Source: Spironucleus salmonicida (taxonomy: Eukaryota). Taken from it: a DNA stretch of 64,000 nucleotides. Positions within the stretch are counted from its first letter, which is position 1, and every line of letters begins with the position of its first letter. The translations under genes and the position numbers were made by a program. Location: positions 1,736,001 to 1,800,000 of the forward strand of contig NC_090596.1 of NCBI RefSeq assembly GCF_000497125.1, given 5' to 3'. The notes under the pieces were generated by a model that was not told the DNA's origin, did no database searches, and saw only the letters and a list, made by a program, of their open reading frames with translations. Shown here one piece after another: positions 11,382 through 24,438 of the stretch.

Positions 11382-13049
11382 ATGGTTTAAGCTTAGAGGT
11401 CTGATTTTATAGTTATTTTGTTATGTATAGTCTTGGTACCATTAGTATTTGATACTGTTAATTATGTAAAAATTACTTAAATAGGTTCAAATATATCACT
11501 TTATACAGAAGAGAGTTTTAAGAATATAAAGTCCCCTATATCTATAGCAATGGTAGATTAAAATATAGGAGGTTAAATTCTTAATATACCATCAGTAATT
11601 GTTCCTTCAAACTAACATGGTACTATTGATGCTTATGCATTGGTAGGGCTGTAGCGGGAATTATTATATAATTAAAAACTTGGTTTAGATTAAAAAAATC
11701 CGTACATATAAAGTGATAAATTATTCACTAAAGGCAAAGTAAGGTAAGAATCGCTGTGGAAATCATATGGATAATTTTTTACTTCAGATACGTTAGCAAG
11801 TGGCTAGGTTAAAGTTATCAGTTAAGAATTAGAGACCTAGAAAGCTTATGGACCATAAAGTTTCAAAAAACGTACTTGTGGAATTACTGATACTTTGGAT
11901 GTATTTTTACTAAGTCACACTTTGCAATCAATTTGGGTTAATAAATAGTTATCATAACTAATAAAGGATGATACTACTGTTCACGAAGTTGTGCAGCTAA
12001 TAAATTATTATGTTGCTATGAACTAGGATTATGTTTTTGTATCTGTATATGGTATGACAGCATAGTTAAATGTTTATTTATTTAATGCTGCATTAAAAAT
12101 TGAGGATGGTTCTGTTTATTGGCTTAATAGTGGTGTCATTAAGAATGAATCATTTTCTAATGATTCGTCTTTTGTTTCAACAGCAAGAATATCATTGGAA
12201 ATTGATGATGAACAGTAAATTGATGATTTACTTATATTAAAAGAGTATCTAAAAACAAACCCTCACAGACAGCATGGTATAGAATATTATATATAATTAA
12301 CAGAATAGTATTATGTTTTTAGGACATAATAGCTTATTCATATATTGAACATTACAACTGGTTAAGAATTAACATCATTCTTATTAAAACCTAGTGTAAT
12401 GCTAGTAACTAATAGAGATAACTAATTGCTGCTTTACGCAGTTTTTGATGGCTAGTTATTTGTATAAAATTTAATTGGTAATAAAATGTCTGAAGTATAA
12501 TCAATACTTATTCATAATATAACAATTGTTAGACATGATGTTAACAAATATAAATTGAGAGAGACTCATTTTGCAAATTATTATACTAGTATGTTTTTTG
12601 CAGTTACTGTAGCAACAAACGAAGAAGTATTTATGTTTATCAATAATAAATTAATATGGTAATATCGTATTAAAAATGTTCAAATATTATCTATTTAAAG
12701 GATCACAAATAATCAATTCATTGTGATTGCTACAAATAATGAAACTTGCTATATATTTGATCTGTCGAAGAAGAAACTTATTTCATATTTTGCTTTTGAT
12801 TCCAACTCTTATAACTAATTCACAAATTAGTAAGAATTTATGACTAAAAGTGGTATTTAGGTTGCTCGCTTTCATCCATTTATCGATGAAAAGAGCATTA
12901 TTATTTAAAGAGGGTCAAAGCTGGACGTTTTATCTGTAAAATATGGATAAACTTGGAATTATTACGTTGTGCTCGCGATAACTCTCCTTTTAATCGTGAT
13001 CTCGACTGGAATTTTTAGGTCTGTCCACTATGACTTAAAATCTGATTGA
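11382..13049 (+). CDS. Membrane-anchored putative beta-propeller protein, 555 aa (probable paralog of 3276..5021)
   Basis: N-terminal RSDFIVILLCIVLVPLVF anchor, blade-like motifs (LKIEDGSVYW, ILNITTGQE) and a C-terminal TM (YYVVLAITLLLIVISTGIF). Confidence 0.6.
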
Positions 13050-13093
13050 CTATTATTATAATATAATTTTAGTATTATTTATATTAATTTTTC

Positions 13094-14275
13094 ATGTATA
13101 CTTTGAACCTACCTGAACTTCTCCCTCACTATCCTTAGTTATAAGCTCTAACAGTAAAACTTCCACAATTTTAAAACTTTTTAGACCATTAGTTCCCTCC
13201 TAATAAGGACTCAGTACTTCAGGAAAAAATTAATAATTTTGTTGATCAAGCACGCTCAGATTTGGAGTTAATTCTGTCTCCTCAAGAACGTCAGTTCTTC
13301 TACACTATATTGACACATGTACTTAACATGCTACCTGAACCTGTTGATATTTCCCTTCGTTTCGCTACCCTAGCAATCCGGTCCTCATAAACACCTTCAT
13401 TTTCAACGCTTTGTGCGGCTGCAAAGGCATTTTTGAGTGCTAAATAGCCCAGAAGGGCTGAAATTTTAGTAGTTTCAGCCCTCAAGCTGCAACCAGAATC
13501 CTGCGAAGCAAATTTCCTCGCAGCATCTATATATAGGAGCCTGAATCTGATTGACTAGGCACTGAAATATGCAAAACTAGCGTGTCAATTCGATTCTGGG
13601 AATCCAAACTCATGGTTCCAGTACGGCATGTCACTGATTGGGCGAGGGAGCTCCCTGTAGCTAGCCAAAGCTGCATACGCGCTACGTAAAGCAATATAGA
13701 TTCGCGAGATAGAGTAGCTCCCATTTCCAGAGGCTCGATTCAACTTAGCAGGCTTAGCACGGCTTAGGATGGATTTCTAGGTGGCCTATGATCAATTACG
13801 AGCAGCTTACGCCGAAAATGTTGATTTCGACATTGCAGGACAGGCTGCTAATTAAATAGAAAAACTAACAGCAGCAATTTGTGGTAGAATCGGTAGCAGA
13901 ATGGCACAATTAGGGCTTATTTAGCAGGTTAATTAGAACATGGGTGGCATGTGTAAAGGGCAAAATACCTACTGTTTAGAGTGCAGAATTGTGAGCAAAT
14001 TGGACAGTGGAGTACCTTAAATTTATATTATACAAGATTGTCAGAAGCAGATCAAATGTGCTCTTGTGCTGACAAACAGTTTCCATGAAGACGAATCTGG
14101 TGTAATTTTGAAAATAACAAATTTTTACGCCCAAAATGTGCGGTTGTAAACTAAAACGCAATAATATGTTTTTACAGCGATTGTACCTAAGGATGAATCA
14201 CATGGGATCTTGGTTAATGGAAAGTGCGTGATTGCTAGCGAATTAAGCGGTACAATTTAACTTATTAGTTAATGA
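13094..14275 (+). CDS. TTC5: TPR + C-terminal OB-like protein, TTC5/STRAP-like, 393 aa
   Basis: TPR helices (ALKYAKLACQFDSGNPNSW, LRKAIQI..FPEARFNLAGLARLRMDFQVAYDQLRAAY), then a beta-rich domain ending ILVNGK, resembling TTC5 (NPDLHLNRA..; LVVNGK). Confidence 0.65.
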
Positions 14276-14354
14276 TTATTTTAAATATTTTAAATATGTT
14301 ATTATATTATAATAAATATAAATATGTTTTAGAAGTTATTTATTTTAATTTTTT

Positions 14355-14612
14355 ATGACGACACTGACTAGATCATAAATGACAGCTGTTATGAAAGCGC
14401 TAATAGTTATTAATCATTTACAGGCTGCAAATATTGCAAATGTTCGCATAAATTACAGACTAAAGCATACTATTAATATGACCCATTAGTAGCTTAGTGG
14501 AGAAGACAAGTAGAAGTATCTCTAAGTTATCTATAATTTATCTTAAGAACAGATTAGACAGTTGCTAGAGTGGTGGCATACCGTCATAGGCAAAAATAAT
14601 AAAAGTGAGTGA
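14355..14612 (+). CDS. Small hypothetical protein, 85 aa
   Basis: Open under TAR=Gln from ATG 14355; ends AGT-GAG-TGA. Confidence 0.65.
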
Positions 14613-14629
14613 AATTATAAATAGCAATA

Positions 14630-15025
14630 TCACATCGTTTTTTCAACATTAATTAACTTTCTATGTTCCTTTTATAATCTAATATTTTCTTTCCTAAGAT
14701 CGTTAACCTCATCCTTTAACTCTTCAAGAGAGTTCATGAGTTGTCTAACTTCAGGGGAGGTTTCTAATGAGATAATATTGTCCACTTCTGACTGAATTTT
14801 TATTGGAGTGGAAGATGTAGGGATAGATGATGACTAAAACTCATAATTAGGAATAATATCCTTTACAGGTGAGAAAGTAACCGATTTACGTGAGTTTTAC
14901 GAATAATTTGGGGACGGAGTATGTGATTTATTAGAAGGTTCCGCATCAGGAACAGGTGGTAAATCATGGTGCACTCCAATAAACGATAATATCCACCAAA
15001 TAAAGTTTACTAAAATTTAAAGCAT
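14630..15025 (-). CDS. Hypothetical protein with N-terminal hydrophobic segment and C-terminal coiled coil, 131 aa
   Basis: MLQILVNFIWWILSFIG, a Pro/Ser-rich linker and heptad repeats; ends ATG-TGA. Confidence 0.7.
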
Positions 15026-15079
15026 TTTGAAATATCGAAGTGGTAAATAAATTTTAATTATTATATATATAATTCGCGA

Positions 15080-18076
15080 TCACTTATTTCCAATTTTAAC
15101 TTGCTCCAGTAATTCTGTTAAGTCTGGTCTAACTGGACTAAATTCACCACCCCAGCTAACATAAGTCTATCCATCTTTTACCCAGCCATAAGGTAATGGT
15201 ATATGATCAAATTACTTGGACACCTCAGCTTAAGTTGGAACGGAATTAACTTTATTTTCTCCAAATTCGCTAAACAAGCACCCCATTAGTCCAATAATAC
15301 TTTGCTCTAAATGAGTTTTTTTAACCATATGATTTTCATATGTAAGCGTGTTTATTTTACTACTGCATCCTTCTTCCAATTATTCTTCAAAATCTACACA
15401 AAAGTAATCTTAAAATATATCAATCATAATATTTCCTACTTAAAGCATAACACTAAGATAAGGGATAAATAGCTATTACTAGCAATTCTTAATCTCTTTT
15501 TATACCTTACGCATGGATTCAATACAAAAAGCTTTCTTTCTCAGCGAATCACTTACAGATTTGAGATTACAGTTTTTAATTGTAAACCTATCATTTTTAA
15601 CCAATATTTCTACAGGTTAAAGGTCAATTCCCGTAGGGAAAGATAAAATCTAAGGTTCACTATAAAAATCTTCAGAGAAAATATTCTTACTAATGAAAAG
15701 CTAATTATCTAATTATTGCAATGCTAATTTTTACATGTTGAAATCAAACAAAAATTTCTATGGTTATGAAAAATAAACTGGATTTTAGGTCAAGCCAAAG
15801 TAACCTATAGAAGTATACTGCTACATTTTTTATGATGAGAGAGTATTTAATAATAATAATGGTTTAATTTAAAGACTAAATATCTAAATTTACTCAAAGG
15901 AACGGGAATTGAATATTTTAGACACATAAGGTAAATAAATTAGACCACAAATTAACGATTTAGAAGATTGCGTTAGCTTTATTAACTGAGAATAATCTTG
16001 CTCATTATTTACTTAGACAGAAGAAAATGGTTATCCTAATTCCTTCACAAATCGTTAAAGATTTTTAAACAGTGAAAAGTAGGGAAAATCCGGCGCGTTG
16101 AATGGAATAATAAATAACTTACATTGAGAGTTTTAATAAGGTATTTTGATTTGCTTTTCAATAAGCTTATCAGTATAGTCCAATGAAGCCTCTTACTTAA
16201 AAATGAAGTCAATATCAGAGTTAAACATAGACTCTTGAATGCTTCCAATATTTTCTTTAATTTTAACTTCTTCGTTAGTATTTATCACATATTCAGCTTA
16301 TTCAACTTCTGTATTACTATGCATGAATTTAATAATCTCGTTCCAAATTTATAAAGATTCCGTTTATAACTCAATGACATATTTGAAAATTTCTCCTTAA
16401 TTGAGTTAGATAATAGTTCCTAATAAAAAATTGCCAAAATAACGCTAAAAACATTAAACATTACTAGTTAATAAAAGTAACTTCTTTCCAACTATTTAAT
16501 ATTCAAATTATTAGTCTTAATTTTCAATTTTAGCCGCCATTTAAACATATTAAGTATATGCTTTTGAATCTTATTTAGGTTTAATATTTAAAAATATTTC
16601 ATGCAAATGCTCTACAAATATTTAAAGAGTAAATTAGTTTAGTTATATAATAGCCTAAGTAGAATTGTTACTTATATAAAGTTGGTTTGTTTCTTGCTGT
16701 AATATACCGAATTTAATAGTTACTATCTTCTGAGTCAGATTCTCCATTTTTAACTTATTAATAGCTTTTGTAAAACTTAAGCTAGCTCGATTTTGAACTT
16801 TGGCTCCAAACACATTAAAGAAATCATAGGTTTCAAAGTCGCTTAATAATACAAATTTTTAAGGTGTTGATATAAAAGATTTTCCATAAATTAAAGTAAT
16901 TATATCAGCTCCTAAATCAGTAACATGCCTTACTTATAGGCTAATTGACACATTTGATATACAACGATTGAATATTTATTCTGAACCATCTGTCTATACA
17001 TTTTATATTAATAATTTTAATGTATTTACAGTAGTTTATACAGTTTAATGAAAATGCTTAGGTAATGATTTAATTAAATTTTACATAATAAATTTTTTCA
17101 AAGAAGGCATAACATCTTCCTCTATAGTCTCAATCTTATTTAATTACTGAGAAATTAATACAAAGCCTTAATCATTGATAAGTTAAGATATAGCTCCAGC
17201 AAAAATTAAACCTTCCACTGGTTTAGCACCAACATCCTCTACAATATAAGGCGATCGATTAATAATTGGATGTACTGGATGTTTTAAGTAAATATCGTAT
17301 ACTCTCCCAGGCAGTTTATCTTATTTTTTGTCTCTATTAATTTTAATGATTTCTTTCATTGTAACTGAACTCTCAGATGGCAAATCTTTCTGATCTAGTA
17401 TTTTATAACTTTTATTAATTTTATCTTAATTTTATTCGGATATTGCTTATTACACATCACTTAACACACTCTTTAATTGACCTGCAGACTAAACCAATTC
17501 ATTAATTTTTCCACAATCAATATGAGCAAAAACGAGTTAATAAAGACTTTTCGATACATTGTTTATTTTTATATTCTGTACTTCTAATTTATCGCAATCA
17601 GCAGCAATTGAAGAATTTTATTCGATAGATACTTGCTTAAAAAAAGACTCTAATTCTGACATATTTTAATTTTCAAACTAAATACAACTAGGAGCGATAT
17701 TACTAGTTAAAAAGTCCATATACATTTTTTCGTCCATTTGGAAACCGCAATTAGTCTAAATGGAGTCTCCAGCTGTTAAAGCTGTAGAAGATGTAAAAAT
17801 ACTATGATTCGATAATTTCTAGATATTATCTAGTAACTGCTTAATTGCAGTATGTTACTTGGTTAGCCAGTAAAATTAATTTCCTGTAACTACAACAATT
17901 ACATCAGGAGGCGAAGTAGAGTCAAATAAATAGTTCAGTATGGATTCAATACCAACGAGGTATTTTATTTATTTTGATCCTAAATATGTTTAAACATAAG
18001 AGTTAAGTCTTGCACATCGGTAAGTGAATATTTTCTCTTTTCCTATCATTAAATAGATCTGATAATTTTAAATCAT
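15080..18076 (-). CDS. DNAAF9: Shulin / DNAAF9 (C20orf194)-like axonemal dynein assembly factor, about 998 aa
   Basis: N-terminal CARLNSYVQ..LVGIESILNYLF..DVIVVV (cf. CSRLRQVQ..LGIDS..NYLLF..DVIIL) and C-terminal PLPYGWVKDGQTYVSWGGEFSPVRP (cf. [25 protein letters not shown]). Alternative start at 18049. Confidence 0.7.
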
Positions 18077-18101
18077 AAATCATATAATAACATTATTAAT
18101 T

Positions 18102-19718
18102 TCACTTTTCTTTTATTCCTACTACGTATCCAAATCCACACATAGTGTTTTCCTTTCTCACAACAACTCGTCCGAAGATTTTACTCTATTCAAACTTTAT
18201 ACAAACAATTTCTTTATCTACTTTTAACACTATGCTTGCTAACTAGTTTTCATTTAAAATACAATCGTTTGTGGTTAAAAACTATCCCTTTTACCAAATA
18301 GCATCTATTTTCATTACTTTTGCTTCACGCCGCTGAATTCCAATAAAAACCTCGACATCATCACCAATGCACAAATTTTGATTCTTTACAACCAGAAGTT
18401 AAATCCTGATTGTTTTCGTTATTTTTGATTTTGTCTATTTGGTCATAAATGCACCTGCAAGTTCCAAAGAATCACCCTTGTGGATTGCTTAAAATGCTTA
18501 ATTTGGATCTATCGCAACACGGAGCTTATCAACTTGCTTCAAAAACGGTTATAATACTATTTTTGCTTGCTAGTTACAAATAAGCGACTGCACGTCAGCA
18601 AAAGTTGTTATTTACACTACTTTAAACAGGATCTAACTTGGGCAGACAAAGACGACATCATCAATTTGAAGAATGCCTTAGTCAAGAAATAAAGTGACAT
18701 TGATACTGCCATTTTCAACGTAACAATCCAAGATCACAGCAATTGGATGGTTTTGCTTCAATTTGACAGTCTCTTTCTTAACGCATAGAAGCGACTGTTT
18801 AACGGTTGACTGTGCAAAACTTAATTTTTCGGTATAGCTAACTAAATTTGAGTCATTTTCGCTGAGACCTGCGACTGGTACACATTCTAGAACGATTTTC
18901 GACTTCAGCTGAATGGTGTTAAAGAGCTAGATTGTCTTGCCACATATATCGTCAAATACTACTTTAGAGTACTCTACTTTGTCTAATTTGTTGACTAAAA
19001 TTATAATTTTGCGCACCGCAAACAATACCAAAAAGTACAGATGCTGCAAAATATTGTCTTTCAGGCGCTCAAAATTAGCTGCCTCAACTACCAAAACTCC
19101 GCAGTCTGGCTTCAGTACCTGTGTGAGAATCGAATCTGCAAAATCTAGGTGACCTGGACAGTCCTACATGAGATAGAACTGGTCTTCGATATCAAGATAG
19201 TATGAGTTTACAGCCATAGTAACACCACGTTCGCGTTCCTCGGCATTAGTGTCCAGAAAATAGGCGTAGGCAAAAGAAGGTTTTTTTAGTTGCTCGGAAA
19301 TCGTTGTAAGCTCTTTGAGCTTCTTTTCATCCTGTTCCAAAAGCTGACAAAGATGGCCGAAAATGGTCGATTTTCCGGCATCTACGTTCCCTACTGTTAT
19401 GATGTTGGGGATAAGATTTAGCTATAGGTGTTTTTTAGGAGTGATTAGGTCTGTTTTCTCAGCATACTGATTTAGCAGATCTTATAAATGTTTTTATGAA
19501 GCTGATGAGGAAAATTACAAAGCATTTGGCTGTTATGATATACATGATTCTACAGGTACTGGTGAGATAGATTCTGATGGATATTATTGGATTTGCTGAA
19601 GCTATTTATCCTTCTATTACTTTGCCTTCAGCTTTTATTATTAATCTTTAATTTTTTTAATCTGTGCTTATTTAATATAGTCAAATTCCTCTTCTGATTG
19701 GTCGTCGTAGTAATCCAT
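18102..19718 (-). CDS. HBS1: HBS1-like translational GTPase (eEF1A/eRF3 family), 538 aa
   Basis: Charged N-terminal extension, GNVDAGKST, SFAYAYFLDTNAEERERGVTM, DCPGH, VNKLD and C-terminal beta-barrels. Confidence 0.8.
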
Positions 19719-19757
19719 TTCAATTAATATGATAAGTTATTCGTATATGTATAATAA

Positions 19758-20450
19758 TCACTCTTAGTTTAAAAAAGAAATTATTTATCTTTCATTTAGT
19801 TATATTTTATCTGAGTAAAAAGGCAACACTTAATTCCATAATGAATCCCAGTTTTAAGAATCTTCGAACATATCTGTTTCTAAAACAAGATATTTATCTA
19901 GTTTTAGAAGCTTTTTATTGTCACAATTTAGATATCCAACACCTGCAAAGAATCTACAAGACATACATTCTCTAGTAAAACGCATAAACTATTCATACGA
20001 ACACTAAAAAGCATGAAAAATAACAAATGTCCCGCCATATTAAAATTCGAGTTATTTAAACACATCCAGTATATATTCTAAACAACCAGGGGATCTATTT
20101 ATTAAGTGAATAGATATGAGCTTTTTAAATTAAAATCCTAACCTACAATATTCAAAAAATACTTACTTTTACTTTTCGATAGGATTTTTTAATAAAATAT
20201 GTGATCGTAAATCTAAGCCAATTTCTCCTATAAACGTTTATGTCTATTAAATGATATCCAGCTCTAATAAAGATATTTATTAGAAGGAATGAGCATTAAT
20301 CGGATGATGTCCAATCCCAATATAAGTATTATCAGAATGCAAGTGCTATTATATATTTTAAATATCATTTTATTGAACTGAATTTATCATCAATGCTACC
20401 CGTTTGTCGAATTCTTTTAATGCAACTTAATGAACATGTGTATCTAGCAT
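19758..20450 (-). CDS. TatD-family deoxyribonuclease, 230 aa
   Basis: MLDTHVH, IGIGHHP, IGEIGLD, SIH, IFHAF, LETD. Confidence 0.9.
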
Positions 20451-20503
20451 TTTATTAACTGATTGTTATATATATATTAAATAAAGATTAATACAAATAT
20501 ATA

Positions 20504-21604
20504 TCATTGTAGCATATCGTACCCTTCCCCTTTCACAAATTTACTTATTCCAGACCCAAACTAGGCAGCGCGTTTATTTCTCTAGGTAATATAATCTGGG
20601 AGACCCAGTTACTTTCCTAAATCACGCAAAATTTTTTTATCCTCCTCAAGGGAGGCTAAAAATATCTATGTAATACTTTGACTTAAATATGGGCATATAA
20701 GCTTAGAATTATTTTAATTAACGACTCGAAAATCTCGTCCACAATTTCTTAAGTATAATTTTTCCACTAACGATTCTCTCGATTATTTCTTTTTATAACC
20801 GGATAAATACTCGTCTGGACCAAGGCCAGATATAACTATGGTCTGATTTTATGATAAAAAATGAAATACTAATGATAAATTCATATTCATTATATTAAAA
20901 TCAAGGGGATATATTAAACTTTAGATTGATTTCGTTTGTTCTATATAATTTTATTTCTATAAAACTAAGAATTAGAATTAAATATTGGGATTAATTTAAT
21001 CCTTTATAAACTATTTCACAATCTATGAATCTTCAGACATTATATCCTAACATTCTAAAGTAATACACATCAATTATTTATTTTTGTTAATTACTTCCTT
21101 TTTAAATAGAGTGTAAAGGATAGCTGAATCAATACCACCTGAAAATAATAGCGTTATTTTGTCAAAACGGGATACTATTTCTGCAATATTATTTTCTAAA
21201 GATTCTAGCAAAGAATAATTGGAAATTTACATCAAATTGTATCTTTTTGAGAGATTTAAGATAAATTTTTCATTAACTACATCAATAATGTTAAGTCCAG
21301 GAATTAAATAAAATTATCCAGTATAAAATTACTAAATAGATATACAGTCCTAAGAGAATAAAACAGGTATAGAACCATGTTAGTCTTAAAATATAGAAAT
21401 CTATTATTTTTTGATAACAATCAAAACAAAGGATAGATAATTAATCAAGGAATTCATTATCTATGAATCTGTAGTTTCGTCATTAAATTCAGGCATATCT
21501 TATTCAACCTAAGAATACCAATACTTAGTGCTAGGTTGATCGTCTTAAATATTAAATAACATCTATTCAATTATCAAATTTCCATGAACAATAAATTCCA
21601 ACAT
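20504..21604 (-). CDS. Asparagine synthetase domain-containing protein (ASNSD1-like), 366 aa
   Basis: LLFSGGIDSA, SGLGPDEYLSGY, RNCGRDFRV, PYL and KRAAQFGS (cf. ASNSD1 KRAMQFGS). Confidence 0.8.
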
Positions 21605-21654
21605 TTTCTTCCTACACTATTATATATATTCTTTACAATTTATATTTTCAAGAA

Positions 21655-23256
21655 ATGCTTCTGCTTTTTCTGTAACTTTCACGGTTTGATTGCTTTCAAC
21701 CAAACTCAACCTTAACAGGAAACGTACAAACTCGTTAACTTTTTCTTATATTCTGGCCTTCTAAAACTAGTGCAGCACAATGTGATTAGTTCGACGGTGC
21801 TGATGCAACGATTGTCTTGAATTTTCCAGGAACACCAATTAAAGCTGAGAATTTGAATCATAAGTTTGCAGCCCAGTAAATTGTAAACATTTCCTTATTA
21901 TTTACAGACTCCGAGTTTGAAGATATTATAGGGTAAGAATAGGCTAATTACACTTTCACACTCGATATAGTCCCAATTCAAGGGGCTGTGTCGTAAATTG
22001 AACATACTTAAGTTAATTCTTAACAGTGTTGGAAACATGCTTAGTTTATTTACGATTTTACAGATAATTTTCTTTTCTAAATTAATGTTGAACCAAATTT
22101 ATGTCATGTTACTGGTGCTGTAACTGTATTTTTAGAATATTCAGATAAAAATGGTGTGATTTATAGTGTACCAATACTACCTAAAGATTCAATTGTTGAC
22201 GGATATCACACAGTTTACAATCATTTAGCGACTAAGATTTTTATTTAATCTAGAGAAGATTTAGGGATATCATAAAAACCTTTATTTAACAAGTTTGTTA
22301 CAGCTTTTGAATAGGATAAAGGTTAAGTCCTGTATTTGGTAGTTTATTATGAATCAATTGATTCGAATAATGTTTTATATAAATAAAAACTTTAAGCCGA
22401 CTTAATTTTTAAAACTACTTACGAGAGTGTATGTATGGAAGATGTTACCATAGATTTTTTTATGGATAGAACATAAGTTACAACATCATTTTGGCCTTCT
22501 AAGATAATTTAAAATTGCATTTCTGATGAAACCCTAATAACTTAAGTTAATATATAATTTTATTATATAGATTTTGAAATAGGGGAATAAGAATAGTTTG
22601 AATTTAATATATCATTTCATTAATTTTAAACCGCAGATGGGGTTTTATTTACTTTTATAGAACCTAGAGAATTACCACGAGATTATCAAGTATATGGATA
22701 AATTTACTTTACATTTTTAAATGAACATAATGATAATATCCATATTATTACATTCTATCATTCAATTTTACCTACTTGTATTTCGAATATTTTCTATGAA
22801 ATTACTAAAAAGTAATTTTGTTACTTAATTATGTATGACATAAATGAATGGTGCATTTTGCCTGATAAAGTATTAAATAGCTCCATTATGCTTGTTTCTA
22901 GTCCAGATTCAGCCGAATCAGATTAAAAGATTACTTATTTATCATTTACTATATAAGAAAAACTAATACACAATTAAAAAAGATGCCTGAATAGTTCATA
23001 CATGGTTGATTAACCATTTATTGGATAATATTATGATGGCACTTTTTAAGAAAGGCTTCATGCCTTTTAAAAAGATGTAATGAAAAAATAAGTAAGACAG
23101 TCATCTTTTTATTAAGATATTTTCGGTAAAAGATACGTTAAAAATATTGCAATTGCTAATATGGCAGACACAATGTACTATCTTATACCAATATTTTTTG
23201 GTATATTGTGTATCGTTTTGGGTCTTATAACATTGTAAATTAGAGAATTAAGATGA
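21655..23256 (+). CDS. Type I membrane / surface protein, 533 aa
   Basis: Short signal-like start MLLLFLQLSRFDCF, scattered Cys and a single C-terminal TM (LIPIFFGILCIVLGLITL). Confidence 0.7.
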
Positions 23257-23269
23257 TTTATTTTTTCAC

Positions 23270-24391
23270 TCATTCTTCATCTATGACATCTATTAATAAT
23301 GCATCATCAGTAATAAATGGCAATAAATAACATTAATCTGTAAGAATCTATAATTAACCATGCTCTAAATTAGAAAAATGCTTCGCTGCATAGTCTGAAT
23401 CACTAAATATCAAATCACACAGTGGACATTACAACAAATTAACTTTGATTCTGAAATAATTAACCTGCATTATTCGCTAATATACATCAGTAAGAGTTTG
23501 TAGTTATTAAAAATTAAAGCTATGGTCATTTATCATGTGCTATTTCACACCTTATAAATTATTCTAAAAGCTACAAAATAAACACTGACATATGGAATCA
23601 AAATCAATTTAATATGCCAAATCTGCATGTGGTATAATTTCGAGCTTTAATTAACATTCTTGTTAAATACATTCACATTCTTGATCAGTAGTATCTGAAA
23701 AATTTTCAGTATTGTTTATATCATCTATATCATCATCAGAAATATCCTTATATCGCCAAGACTTACCATATTCTCTATAATTTGTTAGAAAGAAATGATC
23801 AATATCAGTTCTTTTAGCATTAAATCTTAAATGACCTTTCTATTTTAAATGTTGTTTAAATTCTTTATTTCCTTTAAACTATTACTCACAGCAAGGACAT
23901 ACCAACTCATTTACCTGTTTTTTAAGTTCCAATAAAAACTTTTCAATATATACAACACCATCAATTCCTCCTACTTTTAAACCATGATTTTCATAATGCT
24001 TAAGCATATTTTACCTTGTAATATTAGAAAAGACGTCATTACAAATTTAACATTAGTGTACAAAACTTGTCATCTCTGATTCAAACCTATGCTATTATAA
24101 TGCACGTTTTCTTTAAAATGCAAACGCCATTTTTCTCAGTTACTAATCTTAAACAGCTGATCGCTATGTTGCCATAACTCCATCTGATTATCTTATTTAG
24201 AAGATATCACATTATTTAAATGGCTTATCAATATCAATAACAGATTAAATAAGGGAAAGATAGTATCTTGGATCAAAAAAGTCAATCAACCTAGTTATAG
24301 CCATATTATGCAGTACCTTTAGGTGTTATATAAGGCCTTGATGTGTAAAACATTCACTACAAACAGGACAATTAAGTTAGTTAATTAACAT
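23270..24391 (-). CDS. C2H2 zinc finger protein, ZNF277-like, 373 aa
   Basis: CPVC..HLKVLH, CQIC..HYENH, CPCCEQQFK..HLKQKGH..FFLTNYREYGKSW (cf. ZNF277 FYVINYLELGKSW) and C-terminal LPFITDDALL. Confidence 0.75.
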
Positions 24392-24438
24392 TAAAATTAA
24401 ACAGAATTAAATAATATACATTAATATAATATATCACA

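Noticed and set aside
13092-13724. Minus-strand ORFs opposite the TTC5-like gene
   Set aside because: They are short or interrupted by TGA, while the plus frame is continuous and has TPR motifs.
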